Shown: positions 36,714 to 46,005 of the stretch, piece after piece | Layout of the letters: every line of letters begins with the position of its first letter | How positions within the stretch are numbered: position 1 is the first letter of the stretch | DNA from: Angelvirus px29 | Taxonomy: Duplodnaviria; Heunggongvirae; Uroviricota; Caudoviricetes; Straboviridae | Length of the DNA stretch: 64,000 nucleotides | Reading direction: 5' to 3' (one strand) | Virus record (IMG/VR): IMGVR_UViG_2700988902_000001 | Coordinates: 11,520 to 75,519 of that record | Notes under the pieces: generated by a model | The model's database searches: none | What the model was told of the DNA's origin: nothing | What the model saw: only the letters and a program-made list of their open reading frames with translations | Program-made: the position numbers and the translations under genes

Positions 36714-36886
36714 TAGTTAAACAGAAAATAAGACAGACTAATGAACGGAATCATGGTAGTCAAGCCAACGATATAACGTTTCATCGTTTGACCTTCATCC
36801 CAGACTTCCAAGAAACATACTACACCAAGTCCATATACAACGTTTATCAGTGTCAGACAAAGTGCGATGATTTCTTGATTGTTCAT
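36698..36886 (-). CDS. Small membrane protein (2 TM)
   Basis: 62 aa, two hydrophobic segments. Confidence 0.45.
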   Translation of the reverse strand: MNNQEIIALCLTLINVVYGLGVVCFLEVWDEGQTMKRYIVGLTTMIPFISLSYFLFNYCGII

Positions 36887-36910
36887 GATTATCTCCTCGT
36901 TTCGATAGAG

Positions 36911-37522
36911 CTATATTAACAGAACAAAAATCAGATTGCAAGCACCAAAAACGAAAAAACCACCCGAAGGTGGTTTTATTTTTACCAAGATAACATCAGT
37001 CAGACTTTCGCCCATAATGCTCTCTGCTTCTTCAATCCAATCGGACGTATCCGGTGAATCATAGAATTGTTCAACGCTTTCGAAAATAGCTTGCTTTTGT
37101 CCCATTTCGGTACGTTTCTTGGATTGAAATCCAGCAGTTCCCTTTGGGTACACAGTAGCAATTTCGATCTGTCTGTTCTTCACACGACCAGCAACGCTAA
37201 TATCCATTGACTTCGAATGAAACATGAACTGACCATTTCGAATCTTTTCATCTTCGACATAATGCGCAATCTTACGATAAAACGCTTTCCAGTCTTCTGC
37301 GGATACATCATTGCGACGTTGTGCGGCGCGAGCCTGTGCATGAATAGAACTCATGAAATCATAAACACCAACTTTCATTTTGGTATTCAGTTTAGATTTC
37401 TTTGATAGTTCAAACTCCTGCTCTTTTGTCAGCTCGACAACTTGATTTTTACTTTTGTATACTTGCTTTGGTTCTGGAGCTTCTTTCACACTCTCAGCAA
37501 GAAAATTACTTAATGTCTTCAC
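36911..37522 (-). CDS. Hypothetical protein
   Basis: 203 aa track ORF. The N-terminal limit is uncertain: it overlaps a terminator hairpin, so the true start may be internal. Confidence 0.45.
   Translation of the reverse strand: MKTLSNFLAESVKEAPEPKQVYKSKNQVVELTKEQEFELSKKSKLNTKMKVGVYDFMSSIHAQARAAQRRNDVSAEDWKAFYRKIAHYVEDEKIRNGQFMFHSKSMDISVAGRVKNRQIEIATVYPKGTAGFQSKKRTEMGQKQAIFESVEQFYDSPDTSDWIEEAESIMGESLTDVILVKIKPPSGGFFVFGACNLIFVLLI
36913..36940 (-). promoter_or_regulatory. Sigma70-like early promoter + conserved leader
   Basis: TTGCAA-N16-TAATAT-AGCTCTATCGAAACGAGGAGAT-ATG. Confidence 0.6.
36958..36975. terminator. Bidirectional UUCG/CGAA-tetraloop terminator
   Basis: AACCACC-CGAA-GGUGGUU with T-runs on both sides. 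Confidence 0.7.
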
Positions 37523-37766
37523 TCTTTGTCTCCTTACGAATCTTTGCGCGTAGCATCAAATCAGCAACAGCAAAAACAACAATAACACCAGAGAAATAGA
37601 GCGCAAACGGACCATCACTCTCAACGAATGTATCCGTAATCCACGCTTGTCCAGCAGCGAATGCCATAGAACCTAGCAACAGTTGCCAAAGTGTGCAACA
37701 CAGTTTTTGAAAGAATTTGACATCAAACCCGGCCAATACTTTTTTCAGTTCTTCTTCATCGGTCAT
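37506..37766 (-). CDS. Small membrane protein (2 TM)
   Basis: Likely start MTDEEELKKVLAGF.. (~86 aa) with two hydrophobic helices. Confidence 0.45.
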   Translation of the reverse strand: MTDEEELKKVLAGFDVKFFQKLCCTLWQLLLGSMAFAAGQAWITDTFVESDGPFALYFSGVIVVFAVADLMLRAKIRKETKSEDIK

Positions 37767-37788
37767 TTTTATTCTCCTAAAACTGTAT

Positions 37789-37977
37789 TTAGTGAGAAAT
37801 GAACATAACCGACTTGGCACCAAATTGAGCCAACACAATCAGCCATATGAATGCAACAAAAAAGTAAAACGAGTTCTTTCGTTTTTGTAATGTATCGGCA
37901 AACAACGCGCCATGAAGTGATATTACAATCGAGATTGTATACATCATATTCAACAAAAGAATGCCAAGTCCGGTCAT
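37789..37977 (-). CDS. Small membrane protein (2 TM)
   Basis: 62 aa, strongly hydrophobic. Confidence 0.45.
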   Translation of the reverse strand: MTGLGILLLNMMYTISIVISLHGALFADTLQKRKNSFYFFVAFIWLIVLAQFGAKSVMFISH

Positions 37978-38108
37978 TTTATTAGTCCATTAGTGAGTAA
38001 GTAAAAAGCTACACCGAATCCAATAATGGCACCGCGAGTTATATTGTTGCCAACTATTAACAAAAACACAGCCGCAGATAGCAACAAATTGGATTCGATA
38101 AACATCAG
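37977..38108 (-). CDS. Tiny membrane peptide (unannotated, ~43 aa)
   Basis: Hand translation gives MFIESNLLLSAAVFLLIVGNNITRGAIIGFGVAFYLLTNGLIK. Its stop overlaps the ATG of the next gene (AAAATGA). Confidence 0.35.
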
Positions 38109-38389
38109 ATTACCCCGAGTTCGATCAGTTCATAGTCATCGGCAGTCTTACGCTTGATATCATAATCAGTCAGAGACGGATCATCAATGCCAGAGTTAAA
38201 CCACTTAGTAACTTGATTGTGATGAATCACGTTTTCGAAGATACCACGATCTGATGAAATAAACGGGACAGAACACATGAAATCGAAATCAGCGGTCACC
38301 GAATTGCAGAACTCAGCATTTTCGTTTGCGGTAGTTGAGATACCAAGCCACAGATCTTTCTTCTCTTTATGACGCATTGCATAGAACAT
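38105..38389 (-). CDS. Hypothetical protein
   Basis: 94 aa. Confidence 0.45.
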   Translation of the reverse strand: MFYAMRHKEKKDLWLGISTTANENAEFCNSVTADFDFMCSVPFISSDRGIFENVIHHNQVTKWFNSGIDDPSLTDYDIKRKTADDYELIELGVI

Positions 38390-38446
38390 GATATATTCCT
38401 CTTGATAAGATAGGTCCTATTCTACATGAACAGGACCTGATGTCAA

Positions 38447-38776
38447 CTAGATTAAGCCAAGAATTTTCTTTTCTTCGTCACTCAGTTTAGCAAGTGCCGC
38501 GGCTTTCTTCTCGTTGTTGATTTTTGTTTCGTAATCTTCGCGTTTGCGAATAACGGTAATGCGATTTTTAACTAGGAAGCTGAATTCTTCGCCGTCGATA
38601 TCAAAAGTCATTACATCTTTTGCACCAGAGTAGCAAGCACCATTACCACCATACCAACCTTTACCCTTAGACAATTCCAGCCCCAGAGATTCGTTGGTTG
38701 AGTAACAGAACACACCGGATTGACGCTCGTCGGTAGCAACCGAGATTTCATAAACTTTTTCGCGTTTCAGATTCAT
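38447..38776 (-). CDS. Hypothetical protein
   Basis: 109 aa. Confidence 0.45.
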   Translation of the reverse strand: MNLKREKVYEISVATDERQSGVFCYSTNESLGLELSKGKGWYGGNGACYSGAKDVMTFDIDGEEFSFLVKNRITVIRKREDYETKINNEKKAAALAKLSDEEKKILGLI

Positions 38777-38970
38777 TACAGATACTCCGTTGAAGAACTG
38801 ATTTCTTTACCGTTCAGAGTGATCGACACTTTCAAAGTGACATCATTATAATAACCATGACGACGGTTAATATTGATGCTCAGATGTTGTTCCAGATATT
38901 CCTGAATTTTCTCTTCAAACCAGCCATTGTCATGACGGCAGCGTTCTTTGTCTTTATCGCTCATTACCAT
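38776..38970 (-). CDS. Hypothetical protein, tandem paralog a
   Basis: 64 aa. Shares I(Q/K)xYL(E/K)..L..(I/V)..(8-10)..(I/V)SSS(T/S)EY with the next ORF. Confidence 0.4.
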   Translation of the reverse strand: MVMSDKDKERCRHDNGWFEEKIQEYLEQHLSININRRHGYYNDVTLKVSITLNGKEISSSTEYL

Positions 38971-39197
38971 TCATCCTTTTGATTGATCATGTCACAAATG
39001 TATTCGGAACTGCTTGAAATCGTTTCGTCTCCGATGTTTATATCAACGCGGATTCGACCGCATTGTGTATAAAGCGATACATTCAGATTTTCTTTCAGAT
39101 AAGCTTTTATCTGTTCGTTGAGATTAAGTTTACTGGATTCTGCCTCGGTGTCAACATCTTTTTTCAGATCCGACCCATGTTCTTGTGTTCCTGACAT
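38964..39197 (-). CDS. Hypothetical protein, tandem paralog b
   Basis: 77 aa paralog of the previous ORF. Confidence 0.4.
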   Translation of the reverse strand: MSGTQEHGSDLKKDVDTEAESSKLNLNEQIKAYLKENLNVSLYTQCGRIRVDINIGDETISSSSEYICDMINQKDEW

Positions 39198-39652
39198 TGC
39201 GTAGTCCTATAACCATCAAATACACTTCTGGCACGATAATAGTCCTTGACTGTAAAGCCATTAGCACTATCAACGTGAATGAAATTTTCTTTTTGTGATT
39301 CCAACATATCGTCATCATCGTCAATGATAACATACTTTTTACAATCGAGGTGTTTGTCTAACCATTCTTTGATTAGCTCTCCGCGATGTTCACCAACGAG
39401 ATCCCGAGTCTTGAAATCTTCATGCAGACATCCGGGAGGAAATCCAGCTAGTGCTAGATGATCTCTCACCATCTGAACATCACAGCCAAGTCTCCAAGTG
39501 CTACTGTATACCACTTTCAAATTGTAGTCAACGATAAGTTTTGATAGGAGCTTTACAGCCCCTATATCTACCATTTGTCCATATTTCAGATAGCTAGAAT
39601 CAGAATGATAAACGCCATCAACATCGAGAAACAATACTCTCAGTTCTTTCAT
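39164..39652 (-). CDS. HAD-superfamily phosphatase (nucleotidase/polynucleotide phosphatase-like)
   Basis: 162 aa. Motif I FLDVDGV and motif IV VIIDDDDD. Confidence 0.7.
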   Translation of the reverse strand: MKELRVLFLDVDGVYHSDSSYLKYGQMVDIGAVKLLSKLIVDYNLKVVYSSTWRLGCDVQMVRDHLALAGFPPGCLHEDFKTRDLVGEHRGELIKEWLDKHLDCKKYVIIDDDDDMLESQKENFIHVDSANGFTVKDYYRARSVFDGYRTTQCQEHKNMGRI

Positions 39653-40896
39653 ATGTCAAGCGTCCACATTGTATCTTTCAGCCAAGACGGATATTCTCTA
39701 CCTTCGCTGGTATCAGTTTCGTCTAGTGTGTTGCAATAAGCAATACAAAATTCTAACTGCGAACGTTGTTCTTCGCCGAGTAACGCAACCAAACGCTCTA
39801 TGGCAGCGTTTCTATTGTCCAGCATATACTCGCAAGCGTAGATACGAGAAACGATTCTGGTAGCACCCTGACCAGCGTTGAGCATACGCTTTACAATACC
39901 TTCGAGTATGTTACCGTCACCGCACGATGGCTCAAAGAAAGTCGAACCTGAATTCAGATCATCGATGTCCGTATAATCTAACATCTGATTAACGATTTCA
40001 ATCGGAGTAAAGAATTCTGCCGTTTTCTTTTGACGTTCTCGCTCGATTGTGCTAGTGAAGTTTCTGGTTTCATCAACAACTTTCGTTTTGTGTCTGATAC
40101 CAGAATAGTAATCTTCGATTACTTCCGGCACTTTATGTCTGATATGAGTTAATTCAAATTTCTCAAATAGTTCATCATCAGTCCAGCGTCTGGTCATATC
40201 TAACCATGGTATCGCATTCAGTTCTCCGCTGTCAAGATGAATGTTCATCTTATACAAAGAAAGCATGAATCTAGCGAAATCTGTTTTCAGATAAGCAACA
40301 AAGTTCTCTGCCTCTTCTAACGTTTTGAATGCAAAGTTTTGACCACGCTTAGGCATTTCAGTTGTCGGAACGTAGTCGGTCGGAAACATGGTAAAGAAAT
40401 CAGAATTAAAGCGTTTGCCAGCTTCTGGTGGGTGTCCTCTAACACTCGCTATAGTGACGTAATGACTTGCGCCAATAACCTCACCGGAGCATTCCATATG
40501 CGCTACGCTAGGATATTTCATCTTGTCATAGACATCAGAACACCAATCGCCAAGCATATTGATTTTGTCTAAAGGCAATTTAGCAGTGTAATATCCAGAG
40601 ACATCGATTAGATCTGATTTCTTTGTGGTATCAATAACAGTTATACTAAGCGGAGTCAGAAACCCAGCTTTGAAAACGGCGTTACCGTCGAACAAATGAA
40701 TACTCGTTTTGTGCGCTTTCATGTTGCCAAGAAGTTCAGCAACGCGCTTTGTTTGTCGGGTCGGCTTTCTGTTTACAAAGGGGCCAGACGGATGCACAGC
40801 GATTGTGACATCACATTTCTTTACCCCTAAGTTAACAAAGTCAACGTGCAAACCCGCACTATATGGCGGGTTTGCGATCATATAATCAAAGCGCAT
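39649..40896 (-). CDS. DNA N6-adenine methyltransferase, beta-class
   Basis: 415 aa. Motif IV NPPY at residues 9-12, motif I EPSCGDGNIL ~300 aa downstream. Confidence 0.8.
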   Translation of the reverse strand: MRFDYMIANPPYSAGLHVDFVNLGVKKCDVTIAVHPSGPFVNRKPTRQTKRVAELLGNMKAHKTSIHLFDGNAVFKAGFLTPLSITVIDTTKKSDLIDVSGYYTAKLPLDKINMLGDWCSDVYDKMKYPSVAHMECSGEVIGASHYVTIASVRGHPPEAGKRFNSDFFTMFPTDYVPTTEMPKRGQNFAFKTLEEAENFVAYLKTDFARFMLSLYKMNIHLDSGELNAIPWLDMTRRWTDDELFEKFELTHIRHKVPEVIEDYYSGIRHKTKVVDETRNFTSTIERERQKKTAEFFTPIEIVNQMLDYTDIDDLNSGSTFFEPSCGDGNILEGIVKRMLNAGQGATRIVSRIYACEYMLDNRNAAIERLVALLGEEQRSQLEFCIAYCNTLDETDTSEGREYPSWLKDTMWTLDI

Positions 40897-41581
40897 GAGT
40901 GCTCAATCGCTCGCTGTATTCGCGCTCCATGCCGAACTCTTTCGCAATCTTCATAATAGCGATGTTCATTTTTACCAGCTTATCACGTTCGACGATATAA
41001 TCATTCATCATTACATCGAGTTCGAGTGCATGACGTCGCTTGATTTCAGCTTCAATTTGTTTGATTTGAAGTTTCAAAATGTCGGTAGAAACTTCTTTGA
41101 TGTCCTTTTCCACTTTAGCGATGATCTCCGGTTTCGGTTGCTTAGGAGCTTTTTGTAGCAAATCGATTTTGCGTTCGGGTATACGAACGTTCATTTTGAA
41201 TCCATAATCGGTGCGCTTTGCCGCGAAAGGAGAAAATGCTTTCATTCGAATGAAAATCTCGTCAATGATAGACTGACTACCACGACTGAATTCAAACTCA
41301 ACGATGTTAACAATTATGCCTTCGCCGAGTTTCGTTACATTAACACCCATCAACTCCGGGAACTGACCGTCTTCAATATACGCGCCAAACAGTTCGCTTA
41401 GATGCGCTTTGTTGAACGGACGACTACCAATCATCGATTCTGTATAGCGTCTGATGTTTTTGCGGAACTTCGCTGGGTCGATATCGACTTTAGTTCCAGC
41501 TGGCTTGGTATGAGTTTCACACGCAATATTCAGGAATTTGTACCACTGATTACGCGCAACCAACTTTCGTTTTTCGTTCAT
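40886..41581 (-). CDS. Hypothetical protein
   Basis: 231 aa, coiled-coil C-terminus. Confidence 0.5.
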   Translation of the reverse strand: MNEKRKLVARNQWYKFLNIACETHTKPAGTKVDIDPAKFRKNIRRYTESMIGSRPFNKAHLSELFGAYIEDGQFPELMGVNVTKLGEGIIVNIVEFEFSRGSQSIIDEIFIRMKAFSPFAAKRTDYGFKMNVRIPERKIDLLQKAPKQPKPEIIAKVEKDIKEVSTDILKLQIKQIEAEIKRRHALELDVMMNDYIVERDKLVKMNIAIMKIAKEFGMEREYSERLSTHAL

Positions 41582-41620
41582 AATTTCTCCAATGAGAGGG
41601 CTTTTAACCCTCTCACTATA

Positions 41621-42799
41621 TTAGATACCAAACATAAAATCAAGCCCAGATTTAGCATTTTCTTTATCGTGTGCTTCGATTGCTTTCTTATACGCTTCGA
41701 GTTCAGACGGAACACCAATAAACTCATGAGAATAGCTAACGCGATCTTTCACAAACTTGGGATCGACCGAGTGTTTCATCATTTTGTTTGGTGTAACTGG
41801 TGTTCTATTGCTGGACGTCGCTTTCCACTTGATAGAACGTTCGTGGTACTCTCCGAGCTTAGGGTTAGTGGTACGAGTATAGAATCTCTTACCTCTCGCC
41901 AGAAGCTGGTAGGCGACGGCCTCGGTCATCTTCGGACCAATCCCCATTCCCTGAAAGTCTGGAAGCACAACAAGACGATGTGCAATCCACGCATCTTTGA
42001 CTGTGCCAGATGGCAACGGGAGAATACTAACGAATCCAACCGGTACATCACCCCATTTCATCAAGTAACAATGGCTTGCCACGTTGATTTCGCGAGAGAG
42101 GTAGTGATGGTCGGCAAACCCAAGATCTGAGTAGGCTTTTGCTGATACAGGTGTGATGTCGAGCGCAATCGCTGGAAACCGCCTTTCTGACCCCCGAATA
42201 ATTAGTTGCTCATTCGATACGTCAAACACCCAATCCGGTTGCAGCCACTCGATGATATCATAGTGACAAGACGCAAACACAAGACCTTTGATGCCAGTAC
42301 GATCAACGTATTTTCTAATACTCTTTGAGCAAGAAATAGCAACGTTACGGTCAACAACCGATGTAAACTCGTCAATAACGGTATTATCAACCAGACTACG
42401 GGCCAAGTTAGCGCGGAACTGTTGACCATTAGAAAGAGAATGAAACGGTTTTGCCCAGTGTGGGACAGAGTTGAAACCAACGGCACCAAGTCGTTCTTGC
42501 GCATCTTCAACACTATCAAAGTGTGAAGCAATCGCTTTGTTGTGTTCCCACTTTACTTCTTTTTCGATACCGAAATTACGAAGAATGGTTGACTTACCAC
42601 TACCACTTGGACCAACAATCAAACCAATGCCGTATTCTTTCGGTACTTCATGTGGCATCAGATTCTTGATCTTGGTAGTGGTAGTTCCATCAAACTCAAA
42701 ATCCATTTGCTTGGTTACTTCAACGACAATAGCGTCGAGTTCAACTTTGGTTTCGCGAGTGATATATCCACTTTCGTCGGTAAATTGTTCGAGACTCAT
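41621..42799 (-). CDS. ABC-type ATPase fused to a GNAT N-acyltransferase domain; clamp-binding-like C-terminal tail
   Basis: 392 aa. Walker A GPSGSGKST, ABC signature LSNGQQ, Walker B VIDEFTSVVD, H-loop CH. C-terminal GNAT motif A ..LPDFQGMGIGPKM... Extreme C-terminus SGLDFMFGI resembles the T4 gp45-binding motif (LDFLF/Y). Confidence 0.75.
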   Translation of the reverse strand: MSLEQFTDESGYITRETKVELDAIVVEVTKQMDFEFDGTTTTKIKNLMPHEVPKEYGIGLIVGPSGSGKSTILRNFGIEKEVKWEHNKAIASHFDSVEDAQERLGAVGFNSVPHWAKPFHSLSNGQQFRANLARSLVDNTVIDEFTSVVDRNVAISCSKSIRKYVDRTGIKGLVFASCHYDIIEWLQPDWVFDVSNEQLIIRGSERRFPAIALDITPVSAKAYSDLGFADHHYLSREINVASHCYLMKWGDVPVGFVSILPLPSGTVKDAWIAHRLVVLPDFQGMGIGPKMTEAVAYQLLARGKRFYTRTTNPKLGEYHERSIKWKATSSNRTPVTPNKMMKHSVDPKFVKDRVSYSHEFIGVPSELEAYKKAIEAHDKENAKSGLDFMFGI

Positions 42800-42860
42800 T
42801 AAATTCCTCCAATAAAAAGCGCGTGACTGTAATTTACCACAATGTCACGCGCTTGTAAAC

Positions 42861-43652
42861 TTAGAATGTCAGAAGATTTGAACGAGCTTTGTTGATTTCT
42901 TCGATGATTGCTTGTTCTTCTTTTGCCATTTCGACTCGCTCTTTACGAAGACGCTCAATTTCAGCGTCGTGCAGTCGCATCTTCTCATTCAGCAAACGAA
43001 TACGGTCAAACTTCTCACCGTGATTCAGTTCGATGAAACGATTCACGCTTACCAGATACTGACGCTTGATTTCATTCTCACTGACCGGCGGCAGAGAAGA
43101 AGTGATGGTCGGTTCATCCAGTTGTACTACTTCCACAGTTTCTTCCTTTTTGTATGGTTTCACCAGATCGGCAGCAACCAATTCTTTGTTTTCTTGTTTA
43201 AGATACGGCATCATTTTCAGCGGTTTCAGTGTTTTCAGATCCGGAGACATAAAGATGTGAGCATCCAGTTGAATAACACCGTTCACAATCTTGGCATACC
43301 CCAACTTAACCATGTTGGAGTTTTCCATATGATTCACGTATTTGGAACGAATGACCATACGAATACAGTGAAACGATGCAAACTGATTGATAGCGCGAAC
43401 AACAGACGCAGTATCCCACACCACAGCTTCATCACCAAATGCACGATAGAACTTACGTTTCATGTTGAGATTGGTTTCAAGACGATCAGCTTTCTTTACG
43501 TGTTCGGCGGTATAATCGTTATACACGCGAATGGTTTGACCTTTTACGGTAACATTCTTGAAAAAGATGTGATTCAGAATCGCACGACAAGCGTTATGAT
43601 TCTTGATTGATTCTTTCATCTTATTCCGATTTGATTTTACTTGACTGCTCAT
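42861..43652 (-). CDS. Hypothetical protein
   Basis: 263 aa, C-terminal coiled coil. Confidence 0.5.
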   Translation of the reverse strand: MSSQVKSNRNKMKESIKNHNACRAILNHIFFKNVTVKGQTIRVYNDYTAEHVKKADRLETNLNMKRKFYRAFGDEAVVWDTASVVRAINQFASFHCIRMVIRSKYVNHMENSNMVKLGYAKIVNGVIQLDAHIFMSPDLKTLKPLKMMPYLKQENKELVAADLVKPYKKEETVEVVQLDEPTITSSLPPVSENEIKRQYLVSVNRFIELNHGEKFDRIRLLNEKMRLHDAEIERLRKERVEMAKEEQAIIEEINKARSNLLTF

Positions 43653-44530
43653 TACGCTTCCTTAAAGCTGTATTTGTCGAGAATTTGAGTCATGATAGTG
43701 ATTTTCGGTTGCAAAGTCAACATCACCTCATGATATTCTGCATATGCTTGTTGTTGTTCTGCAACAGCCTGATCAAGCTGTGCTTGTGCTTGTGCCAACA
43801 GTTGCTTGAACTGTTTCACATTGACACTCTTAGATTCAACAACGCGCTCCAGTTCTTGAAGTTGAGCGAAACCAGGCAGAACTTTTTCGAAATCGATATT
43901 AAAAACATCTTGACTTTGAACTTCTTTCTTGCTCATTTCTTCCAGAGTTCGGACGTTCTCGGTTCTGGTGTTTTTATAGCAGATATCAAAGCCTATTGAA
44001 TTTTTATCCGTGCGAACATCAAACAGTTTGTTTTCACCAAACACAGGAACAGTGATAACAACACGACTCTTATATTGTGTTGGGTCACAGTGCCAGACAC
44101 GCATACCGGTTTCGCCGTCTTTGAATCCCCAGTTCTCCATAGAGAAGTGTTTGCCGAGATTTGAATTAAGCAGCTTCTCAGGAACTTGTGATTTGAAATA
44201 CAATGCGATTTGCGTAGGAGAAATCACACGATATTGCCAAATGCTCGTTTGAAGACTAGGCCAAATCGGGCGCAATTTTTCGTATTGGTCATATTCCGCA
44301 TTGACGTTGTTATACAACGATTTGCTAAAGAAACTATCGGTACCAAACATTGCCACGAATGCGGATGCAATGCGAACCAGATTGGTACTGGAAAACATAT
44401 TACCGTCAAACGCACGGGTCTGAGTCTTACCGTCGATAGTCACGTTTTCACAGAACAGGATCTGATTCATACGAACAACGAAGTTTTTGAATTTCTTGTC
44501 CTTGAATACCTGCTTACGTTCTTTTTTCAT
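43652..44530 (-). CDS. Hypothetical protein
   Basis: 292 aa. Confidence 0.5.
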   Translation of the reverse strand: MKKERKQVFKDKKFKNFVVRMNQILFCENVTIDGKTQTRAFDGNMFSSTNLVRIASAFVAMFGTDSFFSKSLYNNVNAEYDQYEKLRPIWPSLQTSIWQYRVISPTQIALYFKSQVPEKLLNSNLGKHFSMENWGFKDGETGMRVWHCDPTQYKSRVVITVPVFGENKLFDVRTDKNSIGFDICYKNTRTENVRTLEEMSKKEVQSQDVFNIDFEKVLPGFAQLQELERVVESKSVNVKQFKQLLAQAQAQLDQAVAEQQQAYAEYHEVMLTLQPKITIMTQILDKYSFKEA

Positions 44531-44532
44531 TA

Positions 44533-44757
44533 TTAAGCCTCCGCTTTGATATAATCAACGATGTCGTCAAAGTTAGCAGATTCCACGCCAACACCAGATT
44601 CATCATTGACACTAAACACCGTGCCGTAATCTTCATCTTCGCGTTGTGCTACAGTAAAAACTCGACCGTTCTTCATGTGGACATTCATTTCATTTTGATT
44701 GTCCAGATCCAGATTGATGTATTTCACGGTTTCGATAGCGGAGATTTGAGCCAACAT
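44533..44757 (-). CDS. Hypothetical protein
   Basis: 74 aa. Confidence 0.45.
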   Translation of the reverse strand: MLAQISAIETVKYINLDLDNQNEMNVHMKNGRVFTVAQREDEDYGTVFSVNDESGVGVESANFDDIVDYIKAEA

Positions 44758-44787
44758 GATGTATTCCTCTTTTGTTTTGATGTAGCT

Positions 44788-44815
44788 ATCTTAACAGATC
44801 AGTATTCTACGTCAA
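44788..44815 (-). promoter_or_regulatory. Sigma70-like early promoter
   Basis: AAAGTCC-TTGACG-N16-TAAGAT-AGCTACATCAAAAC..GAGGAATACATC-ATG. Confidence 0.55.
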
Positions 44816-45332
44816 GGACTTTTCTCGCATAATCCACGTTTTTTACACATTGAATTAGCTCACCAAGTTTTTCTTTCTTGATAGTCAACGTGGTAAAATC
44901 ACCGTCGCTATTCATATCAAAAATCACGTTCTCTTTTGACGTTCTAACACCAAGTCTTGAATCATTGATTTTCATTCGACCGACTTGAATGTCTTTAGAT
45001 TTGAACACGGATTCGGTTACGATAGAATTCGATCTCTCGATAAACCTAACAAACTTGTCGTGGTCCGCTCGTTTCGGCAACTGAAACAAAACCTTTTTAT
45101 TAAAGTTCTCAGTTACCTCCATCACAGTAGTATGATCTTTGATATAAAATGAAATAGTGTAAAACTGATTGACACCAACACCAGAACAAGCAACCGCTTC
45201 CTTATTGTTGGCAATCAACTGATTATAGAAATCCGACTGATCTACAATAGCGGCGTTTGCAGAACAAACCACAAACGCCATTGCTATCTTAGTTGCCAGA
45301 TTCTTCACATTCTTCGGGAAGAACGGAATCAT
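44799..45332 (-). CDS. Secreted protein (signal peptide)
   Basis: Signal peptide ..KNLATKIAMAFVVCSANA|AIV. Start taken as MIPFF; the track ORF is longer. Confidence 0.5.
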   Translation of the reverse strand: MIPFFPKNVKNLATKIAMAFVVCSANAAIVDQSDFYNQLIANNKEAVACSGVGVNQFYTISFYIKDHTTVMEVTENFNKKVLFQLPKRADHDKFVRFIERSNSIVTESVFKSKDIQVGRMKINDSRLGVRTSKENVIFDMNSDGDFTTLTIKKEKLGELIQCVKNVDYARKVLDVEY

Positions 45333-45612
45333 CACACAGCACCTCTTCTTCGTTAGTACCATTATCGACTTGTTGATCGTTACCATTCTGCATAGCATTC
45401 ATAAGCATCATGGTAGTTACCACGTTTGCGGCAGTGTTGGTATGAACTGCGGCATTGCTCACTGTAGTAGCAGGGCGAACCGGTGCGCTAACTGAGACTG
45501 GACGCGATACGGTCATCGGGCGGCTGATAGTCATTGGACGACTCATGCTAATAGCAGCGTTAGCAGAACCGATCATAGAAAACAGAGCGATAGCCAGAAT
45601 TGATTTTTTCAT
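45289..45612 (-). CDS. Secreted acidic protein with (S/T)RP(M/V) repeats
   Basis: Start MKKSILAIALFSMIGSANA|AI. Repeats MSRPMTISRPMTVSRPVSVSAPVRP. Acidic Cys-containing C-terminus. Confidence 0.5.
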   Translation of the reverse strand: MKKSILAIALFSMIGSANAAISMSRPMTISRPMTVSRPVSVSAPVRPATTVSNAAVHTNTAANVVTTMMLMNAMQNGNDQQVDNGTNEEEVLCDDSVLPEECEESGN

Positions 45613-45726
45613 TTGTACCTCAAACAGAATAGGCATAATGCCATGATAAGTATTGTTGTCAGTGTTTCCACTTTCTTAACCCTCTTGTAAAAGTTTTAAG
45701 AAAGTGGGGAACAAGTCCCCGACTTT

Positions 45727-45960
45727 TTAATCTACTTTTCTGATTACAACGTGAAACCCGTTGTTTTTCAGTTTTGTTTCAAGACGACAAGCTTTCTTAA
45801 AATCTTCAATCGTTGTTGTTGCGTTAAAACCGATTACATCACCAGCTTTAGAGCGAACAGCTACAGCTTTCATCACAGTATCAACCAACAGAATTTCGTT
45901 GTTGTTGGTGATGGAGATATAACGCTCGGTCGGTACAACTACAGTGAAAACATATTTCAT
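45727..45960 (-). CDS. Hypothetical protein
   Basis: 77 aa. Confidence 0.45.
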   Translation of the reverse strand: MKYVFTVVVPTERYISITNNNEILLVDTVMKAVAVRSKAGDVIGFNATTTIEDFKKACRLETKLKNNGFHVVIRKVD

Positions 45961-46005
45961 GATAAGCTCCTCTCAGAAAGTAGAGCTATCTTACACTCGC
46001 ACGAA

